From an uncultured Oscillospiraceae bacterium (GTDB lineage Bacteria; Bacillota; Clostridia; Christensenellales; CAG-138): a stretch of 61,818 bases of DNA. A program made the translations under genes and the position numbers. How positions within the stretch are numbered: position 1 is the first letter of the stretch; each line of letters opens with the position of its first letter. A model generated the notes under the pieces. That model did no database searches. It was not told the DNA's origin and saw nothing but the letters and a program-made list of their open reading frames with translations. Where the stretch lies: NCBI GenBank assembly GCA_964642795.1, contig CAZXRQ010000003.1:1-61818 (forward strand), given 5' to 3'. Positions 20,268 to 29,730 of this stretch are shown piece by piece.

Positions 20268-21035
20268 CTACCGTCCTGTATAAGCTGACGAGTCATGGCA
20301 AACGAGACATTCCGAGCTTGTGCTTTTTTCCTGAAGCTTGTCATTGTGCGAATACATGGTTGAAGGCGCATGATATTTCTCGGCCGATTTTACAAGGTGC
20401 GGGGTAATACAGCCACACTTGACGCAGAGATAATGCTCGATGCCGGAAGCGTACCGCGTATAACCTGCGCGGGAATCCCACCATACGTCGCGCGTTTCGG
20501 CCTTCTTATAGTCGTTGAGCTTGTTTTTACCGTCTTCATCCAATACGGTTATACTCGTTTTACAGCGGCTGCATTCATATATACCGGGGCTTGCGGGAGC
20601 TGCTTCAAAAATATGCCCGCCTAAGCGCTCACATGCGGCGATCCGAACAGAATCATGGTATGCGTTTTCAGCGGCGTATTCGAGCTGCTCGGCGTCCTGT
20701 AACCTGGCCAGCGCCGTATGCTGCATTTCCTCCAAGGGCCTGAGACTTAAAATGAAATCCAGCAGAAACGTGCCGGTCAGCTTCTGTACCGCTGCTTCGA
20801 CTGTTTCGGGGCGACATCCGTTCGGAACACGGGGCGCCTGAGCAGACGGCGGAGTCATCGCTACCACCATAAGCATACCCTGGCCGGCTATGCTGCGTAC
20901 CGCCGCAAGCTGCACAGCGGGCAGCGGCGCTTTTTGGGCGGCGCTGGTAAGCTGTGCTTCGTTTTTCATGGAGGCTACGGCGCGCAGCGCTTTAGCTTCG
21001 TTATAGTCCATCCATGCGGGTTTAAAGATACTCAT
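20268..21035 (-). CDS. hypothetical protein: helical Ala/Leu-rich repeats plus C-terminal CxxC zinc-ribbon motifs
   Basis: RBS AGGGGA. Three CxxC pairs (CSRC, CVKC, CLVC). The start lies 13 nt downstream of the yfcC-type gene. Confidence 0.6.
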   Translation of the reverse strand: MSIFKPAWMDYNEAKALRAVASMKNEAQLTSAAQKAPLPAVQLAAVRSIAGQGMLMVVAMTPPSAQAPRVPNGCRPETVEAAVQKLTGTFLLDFILSLRPLEEMQHTALARLQDAEQLEYAAENAYHDSVRIAACERLGGHIFEAAPASPGIYECSRCKTSITVLDEDGKNKLNDYKKAETRDVWWDSRAGYTRYASGIEHYLCVKCGCITPHLVKSAEKYHAPSTMYSHNDKLQEKSTSSECLVCHDSSAYTGR

Positions 21036-21048
21036 ATCAAATCCCCTG

Positions 21049-22497
21049 CTATATTAGATTGTATCCCACAGCGTTTGCTATGAGCAGCAGTATCACCGTA
21101 AGAACCAGTATAGGAAGCTGGAACTTGATGCTCCATTTCGCCCATTTGCCATAGCCCACGCCCGCAAGGCCGAGGCTTATCAGCAGCACAGCGTTGGTGG
21201 GGTAGAATATATTTGAGAAGCCGTCGCCGTAGGCGAAGGCCAGCACCGCCACCTGTCTGGAAACGTCGCACATATCCGCGAGCGGTGCGATTATCGGCAT
21301 TAACAGGAAAGCCTTTGCCGACGCCGAGCCTATGAAGAAGTTCATTATTAGCACCAGCGCATATATCAGCAGCACGACCACGCCGCTGGATGCGCCGGAC
21401 GCCCAGCCGGAAACGGTATAGAGCAGGGTGTCCAGTATTTTGGCCTCCTGCATGGTATAGCGCACGGAGCTTGCCATAAGTATCATCAGCAGCGCGGGCA
21501 AAAAGCTCTTCATGCCGCGCAGGAATGCGCCAAGATAGTTTTTGGTGCCAAAGCCGCTGAGCAGTGCGGCAAGCGTTCCGGCAAGCAGAAACATCACCGC
21601 GACTATGGGCAGAAGTATATCCTGTAAAAACGTCAGGAAGGTAGAGCATATCACCAGCAGCATACCGGTCGCGAGCACTATGGAAAACGCCGCAAGCGCA
21701 CGGCTCATGCGCGGGTTATGGGTGTATTCCGTGCGCACAGCAGCCCATCTGTCCGCAGCGTCCGCATCATATATAGGCGAGCGGGTGGGGTCTGCCTCTA
21801 TACGCCGGGAATACCAGCGCAAAAACAGATATAGCAGAGGATATATGAGAACAAAGGATAGTACGCGGAAGGAGAGGCCGGACAGCATGGGAAGTCCGGA
21901 AAGCTGCTGTGCCGTGCCTACGGAAAACACATTGCACACGCCTGTGGAGAAGCCGCAGCATACGGCGAGTATGCTCATCCCCAGCCCGGTAAGCGCATCC
22001 CATCCTAGGCAATAGGCCAGCGCGACAGCTATCGGCACAAGAGGCACCACCTCCTCAAAGGAGCCCACCAGCGCGCCCAACGCCATGAAGAACAGCGACG
22101 TAAGCGCAAGCAGCGTATAGCGGCGACTCTTGAACCGGTGATATATAACCGAGAGCATGTAGCGCATCAACCCGCATTCGTCCAGCGCGGTGAACGCTCC
22201 GCCTATGACCAGCAGCACGGCGCATATGGCAATTATCATGGTGCTGCCCTGCGCGCCCAGTACTAAAAACGGAGAAAGCAGCCACTTCCAAAATGGCAGG
22301 CCCCCCTCTGTAGCTGCGTAGGTGTCGGGTATGACCACCTCGCGGCCGTCCACGATCTCGCGTTGGTATTCGCCGGACGGCAGTATGAAGGTGAGTGCGT
22401 AGGTAAGCAGCATCAGGCAAAAAAGTATCACCAATGCGCTGATAAAGGACTTTTTGCTTACGTCCAGCAGCCGGGCTTGAGAACTGTTTTTTTCCAT
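21049..22497 (-). CDS. YfcC-family (DcuC/ArcD-like) transporter
   Basis: Polytopic membrane protein that is clearly paralogous to the ORF at 43819-45303. RBS GGGGGTG precedes MEKNSSQ. Confidence 0.8.
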   Translation of the reverse strand: MEKNSSQARLLDVSKKSFISALVILFCLMLLTYALTFILPSGEYQREIVDGREVVIPDTYAATEGGLPFWKWLLSPFLVLGAQGSTMIIAICAVLLVIGGAFTALDECGLMRYMLSVIYHRFKSRRYTLLALTSLFFMALGALVGSFEEVVPLVPIAVALAYCLGWDALTGLGMSILAVCCGFSTGVCNVFSVGTAQQLSGLPMLSGLSFRVLSFVLIYPLLYLFLRWYSRRIEADPTRSPIYDADAADRWAAVRTEYTHNPRMSRALAAFSIVLATGMLLVICSTFLTFLQDILLPIVAVMFLLAGTLAALLSGFGTKNYLGAFLRGMKSFLPALLMILMASSVRYTMQEAKILDTLLYTVSGWASGASSGVVVLLIYALVLIMNFFIGSASAKAFLLMPIIAPLADMCDVSRQVAVLAFAYGDGFSNIFYPTNAVLLISLGLAGVGYGKWAKWSIKFQLPILVLTVILLLIANAVGYNLI

Positions 22498-22570
22498 AGT
22501 ACACCCCCGAGTTGATGCTGATACCATTATACACTACGAGTGCGATTTTGTCCGCAAATAGATATGATAC

Positions 22571-22601
22571 AAAAGAAGCAGCCTGCTTAGCTGCTTCTTT
22601 T
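22571..22601. terminator. bidirectional rho-independent terminator
   Basis: AAAAGAAGCAGC, 7-nt loop, GCTGCTTCTTTT. Confidence 0.75.
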
Positions 22602-22703
22602 GCGGTGGCCGATGGGGAGCGGCGCACCAAAGATGGTTGGGGGTATGTCATCGTGGAAAGGGGGGCTTTCCGCGGAATGACCGCAAGCTGCGTATTGAAG
22701 GGC

Positions 22704-24005
22704 TTAAGCTGCCGAGCGTTCGCCTAGCGTTAAGGAAATGTTCAGCGTCTCATTGCCTCTCATCACCGTTATTGTTACCGAATCCCCTGCTTCGTATTCA
22801 TACAGCAGTGAGGAAAGTTCGGAATAGCTTGCTACCTCGGTGTTGTCAAATGCGAAAATTATGTCGTTCACCTGCAATCCCGCAGCTTCCGCGGCGCTGC
22901 CGGTGGCAACCTCGATTATCATGGGCCGGGTGATGTAGCCGCCCTGCGAGTAACCGAAGCCGGATTGCCCGCCGCTGTTGGAGAACAGGCTGACATCCTG
23001 CATACTGATGCCAATATACGGCCGGCCGCTGACATAGCCGTAGTCCATAAGATCCTCTGCTGCAGGCAATACGGTCTCCATGGGTATTGCAAAGCCCAGG
23101 CCTTCAACCTCCAGCCCAAGGCTCTTGCAGTTGACGATGCCTATCAGCTCGCCCTTTTCATTGAACAGGCCGCCGCCCGAATTGCCGGGGTTGACCGCCG
23201 CGTCGGTCTGCATGAGCGTCATGGATATGCCGTCGACCTCTATGGTGCGCTCAAGGCCGCTGATTATGCCGCTGGACACGCTGCATGCGAGCGAGCCGAG
23301 CGGGTTGCCTATTGCATAAACCGTGTCGCCTACGTTGGTAAGCGTTGAATCGCCTACGGTGGCAAACGGCAGGTTGGAGGCGTCTATTTTTAACACGGCG
23401 ATGTCCGTCTGTGCATCCACGCCGATAAGCTCAGCAGCGTACTCGGCGCCGTCCTGCAGGTAAACGGTTATGCCGGTGGCGCTCTCAATAACATGGTTAT
23501 TGGTTATTATGTAACCGTCGGATGTGAGAATAACGCCGGAACCGGAGCCTGTGGTCTCGCTTCCGCTGCTGTCGTAGCCGTAGTATGAGCTGTAGCTTGT
23601 ATAGGTCACGTCTATACCCACCACGGTGCCCATACAGGCCTGCAGCGCATTATCGGACGTTGCGGTGCTGTTGCTTGAAACCGCTGTACTTATACCGGTT
23701 GAGGCGAGAGAGGAGCCGGAATCGGAGGCAGTGTTGGAATTCGAGGGTGATTCGCTTTCAGCAACCGTCTTGTCATTTATGGCATCTGCCGAGGCGGTGG
23801 ACTCGTCGCCGGAGGAGGTCAGCGCATACATAAGTCCAGCGCCTCCGCAGCCGCATATCAGCGCGCATACGAGCACGAGCGTTACCATAAGCCGTACGCT
23901 TACGGTCCTTACACGCTTTTTCTGCGCAACGGGTTGTGGTTGATATATAGGTGTGCCGCTTTCGGGATACGCGGTGTTTTGTTCGTTAAACTGCATGTTA
24001 TCCAT
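22704..24005 (-). CDS. htrA: HtrA/DegP-family serine protease with PDZ domain
   Basis: TM anchor. Catalytic motifs TNNHVI, DIAVLK and GNSGGGL are followed by a C-terminal PDZ domain. RBS AAGGAG. Confidence 0.9.
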   Translation of the reverse strand: MDNMQFNEQNTAYPESGTPIYQPQPVAQKKRVRTVSVRLMVTLVLVCALICGCGGAGLMYALTSSGDESTASADAINDKTVAESESPSNSNTASDSGSSLASTGISTAVSSNSTATSDNALQACMGTVVGIDVTYTSYSSYYGYDSSGSETTGSGSGVILTSDGYIITNNHVIESATGITVYLQDGAEYAAELIGVDAQTDIAVLKIDASNLPFATVGDSTLTNVGDTVYAIGNPLGSLACSVSSGIISGLERTIEVDGISMTLMQTDAAVNPGNSGGGLFNEKGELIGIVNCKSLGLEVEGLGFAIPMETVLPAAEDLMDYGYVSGRPYIGISMQDVSLFSNSGGQSGFGYSQGGYITRPMIIEVATGSAAEAAGLQVNDIIFAFDNTEVASYSELSSLLYEYEAGDSVTITVMRGNETLNISLTLGERSAA

Positions 24006-24169
24006 ATCGAGCATCTCCTTGTTCTTTATTCTATGGTGGTATTCTAACTCGAAATTTTGTATGCACAAAAGCATCAATACGCCACAACTATGAAGAATTG
24101 TGGTGTATTTGTGGCGACGGAAAAACTATACATATACAAAATGGTGTGAGTTGCGCGGATGGCCGCTGC

Positions 24170-24198
24170 ATTGACAATGCTGTTATGCACGGCTAAAA
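24170..24198 (+). promoter_or_regulatory. sigma-A promoter
   Basis: TTGACA, 17 nt, then TAAAAT. The resulting 5'UTR is about 110 nt. Confidence 0.55.
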
Positions 24199-24308
24199 TA
24201 TGGCTGTATATGCTGACAATATGATTTTTGAAGCTGTACAATTCGTGTTTGGGCGAGTATGCGGTTCCCTGACAACACAGGGGAACGTGGATATACCGAA
24301 AGGACAGC

Positions 24309-25931
24309 ATGGATATACTTAACGGAATAGCGGAGGACATACGCGAGCTGCTTCAGGGCTACGTATCGGCGGAGAGCTGCACCGGTACGCCGGAGGAGAA
24401 CAGCGGAGCGGACTTTTTTATCGCTAGCTTCAAGGCGCAGAAGTATTTTGTACGGCACCCGGAGCATCTGATAAAGCACCCTGTACCCGATGATCCTTTG
24501 GGACGCTCCGTGTGCTGCGCTATGCTGCGCGGCATGTCGGAGGAAACCGTGGTAATGATGCACCATTACGACGTAACCGACATAGAGGATTACGGCCGTT
24601 TTGCGGAGCTTGCTTACAGACCGGCTGCGCTTGACAGCGTATTGAAGGAGGACGGGATGGGGCTTGAGCCGGAGGCAGCCGGCGATCTAAATAGCGGCGG
24701 CTTTATGTTTGGCCACGGCGTATGCGACATGAAGGGCGGCGGCTGCATACAGATGGCGCTGCTGTCGCGGCTGGCGGAGGAAGGAGATTTCCACGGCACA
24801 CTTATGGTATTGGCGGTACCGGATGAGGAAAATCTGTCGGCGGGCATGAGGGAAGCGGTAGCTTTGTTGCGTGAGCTGAAGGATAAGTACGGCCTGAATT
24901 ACCGTCTTATGATAAACTCAGAGCCGCATCTGCGCAAGGAGCCGCATACCGGTATGCTTTCAATAGGCTCCATAGGCAAGCTGCTGCCGTTTGTATACTC
25001 GCGGGGGCGCATGTCACATGCGGGAATGCCTGGCAGGGGTATTAACCCGCTGGCAGTGATGAGCCGCATAGTGTCGCGGACAGAGGGGCTGCCGCTTACG
25101 GGGGACGGCGCGTCTGCCCCAACATGGCTTATGCTGCGCGATGATAAAACGCACTATAACGTGTCCATGCCGCGCTCGGCATTTGGCTGCTTGAGCGTGA
25201 TGACGTTCTATACCAAGCCTGCCGAGGTGCTAAACCGGCTGCATAGCATATGCGAGGAGGCGTTTGCGGAATGCCTGGCGGCCCGCGAAGCTGCGGGTGT
25301 GCAAAAACAATCATGGACGCCCAGGGTGATGGATTGGGCGCAGCTGAGCCGCGAGGCAGCGGAGGCGGGCGGCGCTGACTGGATGGCCGGGTACGACGGC
25401 CTGGTGAGAGAGCTTGCCGCGAGAATAGCCTGCGGCAGCGCATCATATGCGGACGCATACCGTGCGCTGCTGGAATATGCTTGCAATGCCTTGTCGGACG
25501 TTCCGATGGTCATATACGGGCTAATGCCGCCGTACTATCCGGCGGTGACCAACGGCAATTTCAGCGGCGTCAGCCGCAGTATTGCGCGCATAGGCGAGCT
25601 GCTTGCAGAATATGCGGCGGCGCATTTTGATCAGCCGTATGAGACGGAGCCGTTCTATAACGGCATATCGGATCTTAGCTATGTCAGCGCACCGGATTCG
25701 GCGGATGCTGAGGGCACACAAAGGCTGCTTATGGAGCAGATGCCGATGTATGGAATAAGCTATAAGCTGGCGCTGGAGGATATGGCGGTAATAGCCATGC
25801 CGTGCATAAATGTAGGCCCTTGGGGAAAGGATTTTCACAAGCTCACGGAGCGCGTATACATGGATGACCTGTTTAACAGGACGCCGGAGCTGCTGTATCA
25901 AGCCATAAAAACAGCATTGGATATTGATTGA
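24309..25931 (+). CDS. M20 family metallopeptidase (RocB-like)
   Basis: At 540 aa, the size and the FGHGVCDMKGG motif are typical of M20/RocB-type enzymes. Confidence 0.65.
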   Translation: MDILNGIAEDIRELLQGYVSAESCTGTPEENSGADFFIASFKAQKYFVRHPEHLIKHPVPDDPLGRSVCCAMLRGMSEETVVMMHHYDVTDIEDYGRFAELAYRPAALDSVLKEDGMGLEPEAAGDLNSGGFMFGHGVCDMKGGGCIQMALLSRLAEEGDFHGTLMVLAVPDEENLSAGMREAVALLRELKDKYGLNYRLMINSEPHLRKEPHTGMLSIGSIGKLLPFVYSRGRMSHAGMPGRGINPLAVMSRIVSRTEGLPLTGDGASAPTWLMLRDDKTHYNVSMPRSAFGCLSVMTFYTKPAEVLNRLHSICEEAFAECLAAREAAGVQKQSWTPRVMDWAQLSREAAEAGGADWMAGYDGLVRELAARIACGSASYADAYRALLEYACNALSDVPMVIYGLMPPYYPAVTNGNFSGVSRSIARIGELLAEYAAAHFDQPYETEPFYNGISDLSYVSAPDSADAEGTQRLLMEQMPMYGISYKLALEDMAVIAMPCINVGPWGKDFHKLTERVYMDDLFNRTPELLYQAIKTALDID

Positions 25932-25953
25932 TACCGGCAAAATCGGGAGGGTA

Positions 25954-25986
25954 CAAAAAAAGAGGATGCGTGGGCATCCTCTTTTG
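25954..25986. terminator. bidirectional rho-independent terminator
   Basis: A7, AGAGGATGC, GTGG loop, GCATCCTCT, then TTT. Confidence 0.8.
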
Positions 25987-26009
25987 ATTGAATGATGATC
26001 TGTCTGTTA

Positions 26010-27356
26010 TCAGACAAGACCCTGCGACATCATGGCATCCGCGACCTTCATGAAGCCGGCGATGTTGGCGCCAGCTACCAGATCGTAGCCAAGACCGTAT
26101 TTCTCGGCGGCTGTGGCGGAAGCGGCATGGATGTTGACCATGATGGTCTTGAGCTGCTTGTCGACTTCCTCGGCGCTCCAGCTGAGACGCTCGGCGTTCT
26201 GGCTCATTTCCAGCGCGCTGGTGGCGACGCCGCCTGCGTTGACGGCCTTGCTGGGAGCGACCACGAGGCCCTTGCTCTGGAGGAAAGACAGCGCTTCGTT
26301 GGTGGTGGGCATGTTGGCTACTTCGATGTAGTACTTGGTGCCGTTGGCGAGTATCAGCTCAGCCTGCTTCATGTCTATCTCGTTCTGATAGGCGGCGGGC
26401 ATACAGATATCGACCTTCTGCTTCCAGGGCTTCTCACCTGCGACAAACTGTACGCCAAACTTGTCGGCATAGTCCTTGACCAGGTTGCGGCCGGAGGCGC
26501 GCATCGTGAGCATGTAATCGATCTTTTCCTCGGTTACTATGCCGTCGGGATCATAGATATAGCCATCGGGGCCGGCCAGAGTGACGACCTTGCCGCCAAG
26601 CTCTGCAACCTTCTTGGTGATGCCCCATGCCACGTTGCCGAAGCCGGAGACTGCAACGGTCTTGCCCTTGATGGAATCGTTCTCATGCTTGAGGACTTCC
26701 TGCAGATAATACACAGCGCCGTAGCCGGTGGCTTCCGGGCGGATAAGGCTTCCGCCGTAGGACAGGCCCTTGCCGGTGAGTACGCCGTTTTCATATGCGC
26801 CGCGAATGCGCTTATACTGTCCAAACAGATAGCCGATCTCACGGCCGCCTACGCCGATATCGCCGGCGGGCACGTCGATGCTGGGGCCGATGTGGCGCTG
26901 CAGCTCGGTCATGAAAGCCTGGCAGAAACGCATGATCTCAGCGTCGCTCTTGCCATTGGGATCAAAATCGCTTCCGCCCTTGCCGCCGCCGATGGGGAGG
27001 CTGGTAAGGCTGTTTTTGAAGGTTTGCTCAAAGCCGAGGAATTTCATAACGGAAAGATTGACATGGGAGGCAAACCTAAGGCCGCCCTTGTAAGGCCCGA
27101 TGGCGCTGTTGAACTGTACGCGGAAACCGCGGTTGACGTGAACCTTGCCGGCGTCGTCGACCCAGGTTACGCGGAATTCGATAACGCGCTCCGGCTCTAC
27201 CATACGCTCAAGCAAACCGGCCTTTTGATATTCCGGATGCTGGGCAACGACAACCTCCAATGATTTGAAGACCTCTTCTACGGTCTGCAAAAACTCGGGT
27301 TCATTAGCGTCGCGCTTTTTCACCTTATCAAGGACTTCCTGGATATAGGCATTCAT
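26010..27356 (-). CDS. gdhA: NADP-specific glutamate dehydrogenase
   Basis: Product of 448 aa. Motifs LPIGGGKGGSDFDP and GFGNVAW (Rossmann fold). RBS GGGAGG. Confidence 0.95.
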   Translation of the reverse strand: MNAYIQEVLDKVKKRDANEPEFLQTVEEVFKSLEVVVAQHPEYQKAGLLERMVEPERVIEFRVTWVDDAGKVHVNRGFRVQFNSAIGPYKGGLRFASHVNLSVMKFLGFEQTFKNSLTSLPIGGGKGGSDFDPNGKSDAEIMRFCQAFMTELQRHIGPSIDVPAGDIGVGGREIGYLFGQYKRIRGAYENGVLTGKGLSYGGSLIRPEATGYGAVYYLQEVLKHENDSIKGKTVAVSGFGNVAWGITKKVAELGGKVVTLAGPDGYIYDPDGIVTEEKIDYMLTMRASGRNLVKDYADKFGVQFVAGEKPWKQKVDICMPAAYQNEIDMKQAELILANGTKYYIEVANMPTTNEALSFLQSKGLVVAPSKAVNAGGVATSALEMSQNAERLSWSAEEVDKQLKTIMVNIHAASATAAEKYGLGYDLVAGANIAGFMKVADAMMSQGLV

Positions 27357-27422
27357 TTTCAAAGTACCTCCCACGATGTTCGTGCAAAATTTGCGGCATA
27401 GCAATAAACCATCCGCACCCCC

Positions 27423-27451
27423 ATCATAATCGGTTGTTAATGGCGTGTCAA
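27423..27451 (-). promoter_or_regulatory. sigma-A promoter of gdhA
   Basis: TTGACA, 17 nt, then TATGAT on the minus strand, with an A/T-rich upstream tract. Confidence 0.55.
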
Positions 27452-27548
27452 TATCGTTTCGATGATAAAAGCACTTTTACGATAAATTTATTTAATTCCG
27501 ATACAATGCCAAGAATATTATGCACAACGCACAGCATATCGCGTTTGC

Positions 27549-29630
27549 TTATAGTCTCAACAGCAGGTCTTCATATGTGGGGAAGGGCCAGTAGGCTTTG
27601 GCGGTAACGACCTCCAGCTTATCGGCGGCCTCGCGCAGCTGACTCATAGCGGGCAGTACAAGATCGCGGCACAGGCGTCCCGCATCCAAAGTATTGGGCT
27701 CGGCCTTAACCTTATCCAGCCTGGCATCAAGCTCAAGCGCATGGGTATACATCGTATCCGAAAGCGAAGCCATGCGCTCCAGCAGGCCGCTCTCGGGCCG
27801 CACGGACATTCCCAGCGCCTGTTTTGCGGCGATCGTTCCGGCCAGCTCTTTTTGGTAGGCAAATACGGCGGGGAAGATATCACGGTGGGCCATTTCCAGC
27901 ATGGTCTTAGCCTCTATGCTTATCACCTTGACGTAGCTTTCCAGCATTACGTCGTAGCGGGATACCATCTCGCGTTCGGTAAATATGCCGTGGCGGGTGA
28001 ACAGCGCGACGTTCTTTTTATCGATGAAGCTGGGCAGCGCGTCCACGGTGGTAGGCAGGTCGTCAAGACCACGCCGGTGCGCTTCCTCCACCCATTCGCT
28101 GCTGTAACCGTTGCCGGCGTACAGTATGCGCTTATGCTTGCCTATCTCGCTGCGCATAAGGGTAAAAGCCGCGTTTTCCAGCTCCGGCTTGCCTTCCAGC
28201 TCATCGGCGTATTCGCCGAGAGCCTGTGCGAGTATGGTGTTCAGCACGGTGTTTACGTCGGCTATGGACTGCGATGAGCCCAGCATACGGAATTCGAATT
28301 TATTGCCGGTAAACGCCATGGGCGACGTGCGGTTTCTGTCGGTGGAATCCACGCGCAGCTTGGGCAGCACGGCCGTACCGCTTTCCAGCAGGCGCACGGC
28401 GCGCTGCGTGTACTCGTCGTCGTTTTCGATTGCATTGAGCAGCTCCGTAAGATCCTCGCCCACAAATATGGAAACTATCGATGGCGGCGCTTCCTGCCCG
28501 CCCAGCCTGCAGTCGTTGCTCGCGCCGGCCACACATACGCGCAGCAGATCCTGATATTCATCCACGGCCTTTATCAGCGCGCATACGAACAGTAAAAACA
28601 GTATGTTGTCCTGCGGGGACTTGCCAGGCTCAAACAGGTTAATGTGGGCGTCGGTGGAAAGCGAATAATTGTTGTGCTTGCCGCTGCCGTTGAGCCGCAT
28701 GAAAGGCTTTTCGTGCAGCAGACATACAAGCTCGTGCTTGAGCGCGACCTTCTTCATTAGCTCCATTATGAGCTGGTTGTTGTCGGTTGCGGTGTTGGCG
28801 TCGGTATATATGGAGGCAAGCTCGTACTGCCCGGGGGCTACCTCCTTATGCTCGGTTTTAACATATACGCCCAGCCGCCACAGCTCGCGGTTAAGCTCCG
28901 CCATAAAGCTGGCTACGCGGGGCTGTATCGTGCCGAAGTAATGGTCGTCAAGCTCCTGTCCTTTGGGGGGCTTTGCGCCGTACAGTGTGCGCGAACAGAA
29001 CAGCAGATCGCGCCGCCTGTCAAACAGCTCCTTTTCTACCAAAAAATACTCTTGCTCGGAGCCTACGCAGGGGGTAACGCGCGCAACCTCCTGGCCGAAC
29101 AGCTTAAGCATTCGGCAGGATGCGGCGCTAATAAGCTCAACGCTGCGGAGCAGCGGCGTTTTTTTATCCAGTGCGTCGCCGCCGTAGCTGAAAAACACCG
29201 TGGGGATGTACAGCACATGGTCCTTTATGAAGGCATAGCTCGTGGGATCCCATGCGGTATAGCCGCGCGCCTCGAATGTGGGGCGCAGGCCGCCGGACGG
29301 GAAGCTGGACGCATCCGGCTCGCTCATGATAAGCTCCTTGCCGGAAAACTCCGCCACGGCCGTACCGCCTTTTCCCGGGGCGATGAAAGCATCGTGCTTT
29401 TCGGCGGTAACGCCGGTGAGCGGCTGGAACCAGTGCGTATAGTGGGTGGCGCCCTTTTCCAGCGCCCAGTCCTTCATGGCGGAAGCAACGGCGCCTGCGG
29501 TATGCGGCGCAAGCGGCTTGCCGCGGCGGCGGGTATCCTTTACCGCCTTGTAAGCCTCCGGGGAGAGCCGCTGCTTCATAACGGCCTCATTAAATACCAT
29601 TTCGCCAAAAGTTGCTATAACGTCTCCCAC
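27549..29630 (-). CDS. glnN: glutamine synthetase type III
   Basis: About 693 aa, N-terminus ..IATFGEMVFNEAVMKQRL.., GS-III length and layout. GTG start lies 7 nt after GGAGG. Confidence 0.85.
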   Translation of the reverse strand: MGDVIATFGEMVFNEAVMKQRLSPEAYKAVKDTRRRGKPLAPHTAGAVASAMKDWALEKGATHYTHWFQPLTGVTAEKHDAFIAPGKGGTAVAEFSGKELIMSEPDASSFPSGGLRPTFEARGYTAWDPTSYAFIKDHVLYIPTVFFSYGGDALDKKTPLLRSVELISAASCRMLKLFGQEVARVTPCVGSEQEYFLVEKELFDRRRDLLFCSRTLYGAKPPKGQELDDHYFGTIQPRVASFMAELNRELWRLGVYVKTEHKEVAPGQYELASIYTDANTATDNNQLIMELMKKVALKHELVCLLHEKPFMRLNGSGKHNNYSLSTDAHINLFEPGKSPQDNILFLLFVCALIKAVDEYQDLLRVCVAGASNDCRLGGQEAPPSIVSIFVGEDLTELLNAIENDDEYTQRAVRLLESGTAVLPKLRVDSTDRNRTSPMAFTGNKFEFRMLGSSQSIADVNTVLNTILAQALGEYADELEGKPELENAAFTLMRSEIGKHKRILYAGNGYSSEWVEEAHRRGLDDLPTTVDALPSFIDKKNVALFTRHGIFTEREMVSRYDVMLESYVKVISIEAKTMLEMAHRDIFPAVFAYQKELAGTIAAKQALGMSVRPESGLLERMASLSDTMYTHALELDARLDKVKAEPNTLDAGRLCRDLVLPAMSQLREAADKLEVVTAKAYWPFPTYEDLLLRL

Positions 29631-29675
29631 AACGGCGCCTCCTTCCCAAACCAATGCTTATTACAATTAAGTGAG

Positions 29676-29705
29676 ATTATATGCGTTTAATATATTATAT
29701 GTCAA
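29676..29705 (-). promoter_or_regulatory. sigma-A promoter of glnN
   Basis: TTGACA, 18 nt, then TATAAT on the minus strand. Confidence 0.5.
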
Positions 29706-29730
29706 TGAGGTATAAGCAAAAACTAGTGTG

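Noticed and set aside
24199-24308. The 110-nt 5'UTR of the RocB-like M20 gene, considered as a possible riboswitch.
   Set aside because: It has a single imperfect hairpin (GTTCCCTG..CAGGGGAAC) with no terminator or SD-sequestering partner, and it does not resemble any riboswitch core I know.
25992-27263. A 423-aa ORF on the plus strand with no stop codons, exactly antisense to gdhA.
   Set aside because: It mirrors the gdhA reading frame. It has a G/A/L/D/V-rich low-complexity composition and no RBS. Antisense translations of GDH genes are a recurrent annotation artefact, and the minus-strand gene has all GDH motifs.
27357-27548. I looked for GlnR/TnrA boxes (TGTNA-N7-TNACA), CodY boxes or a known riboswitch upstream of gdhA and glnN (also 29631-29730).
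   Set aside because: No acceptable match was found on either strand. Only sigma-A-type promoters and short generic hairpins are present.
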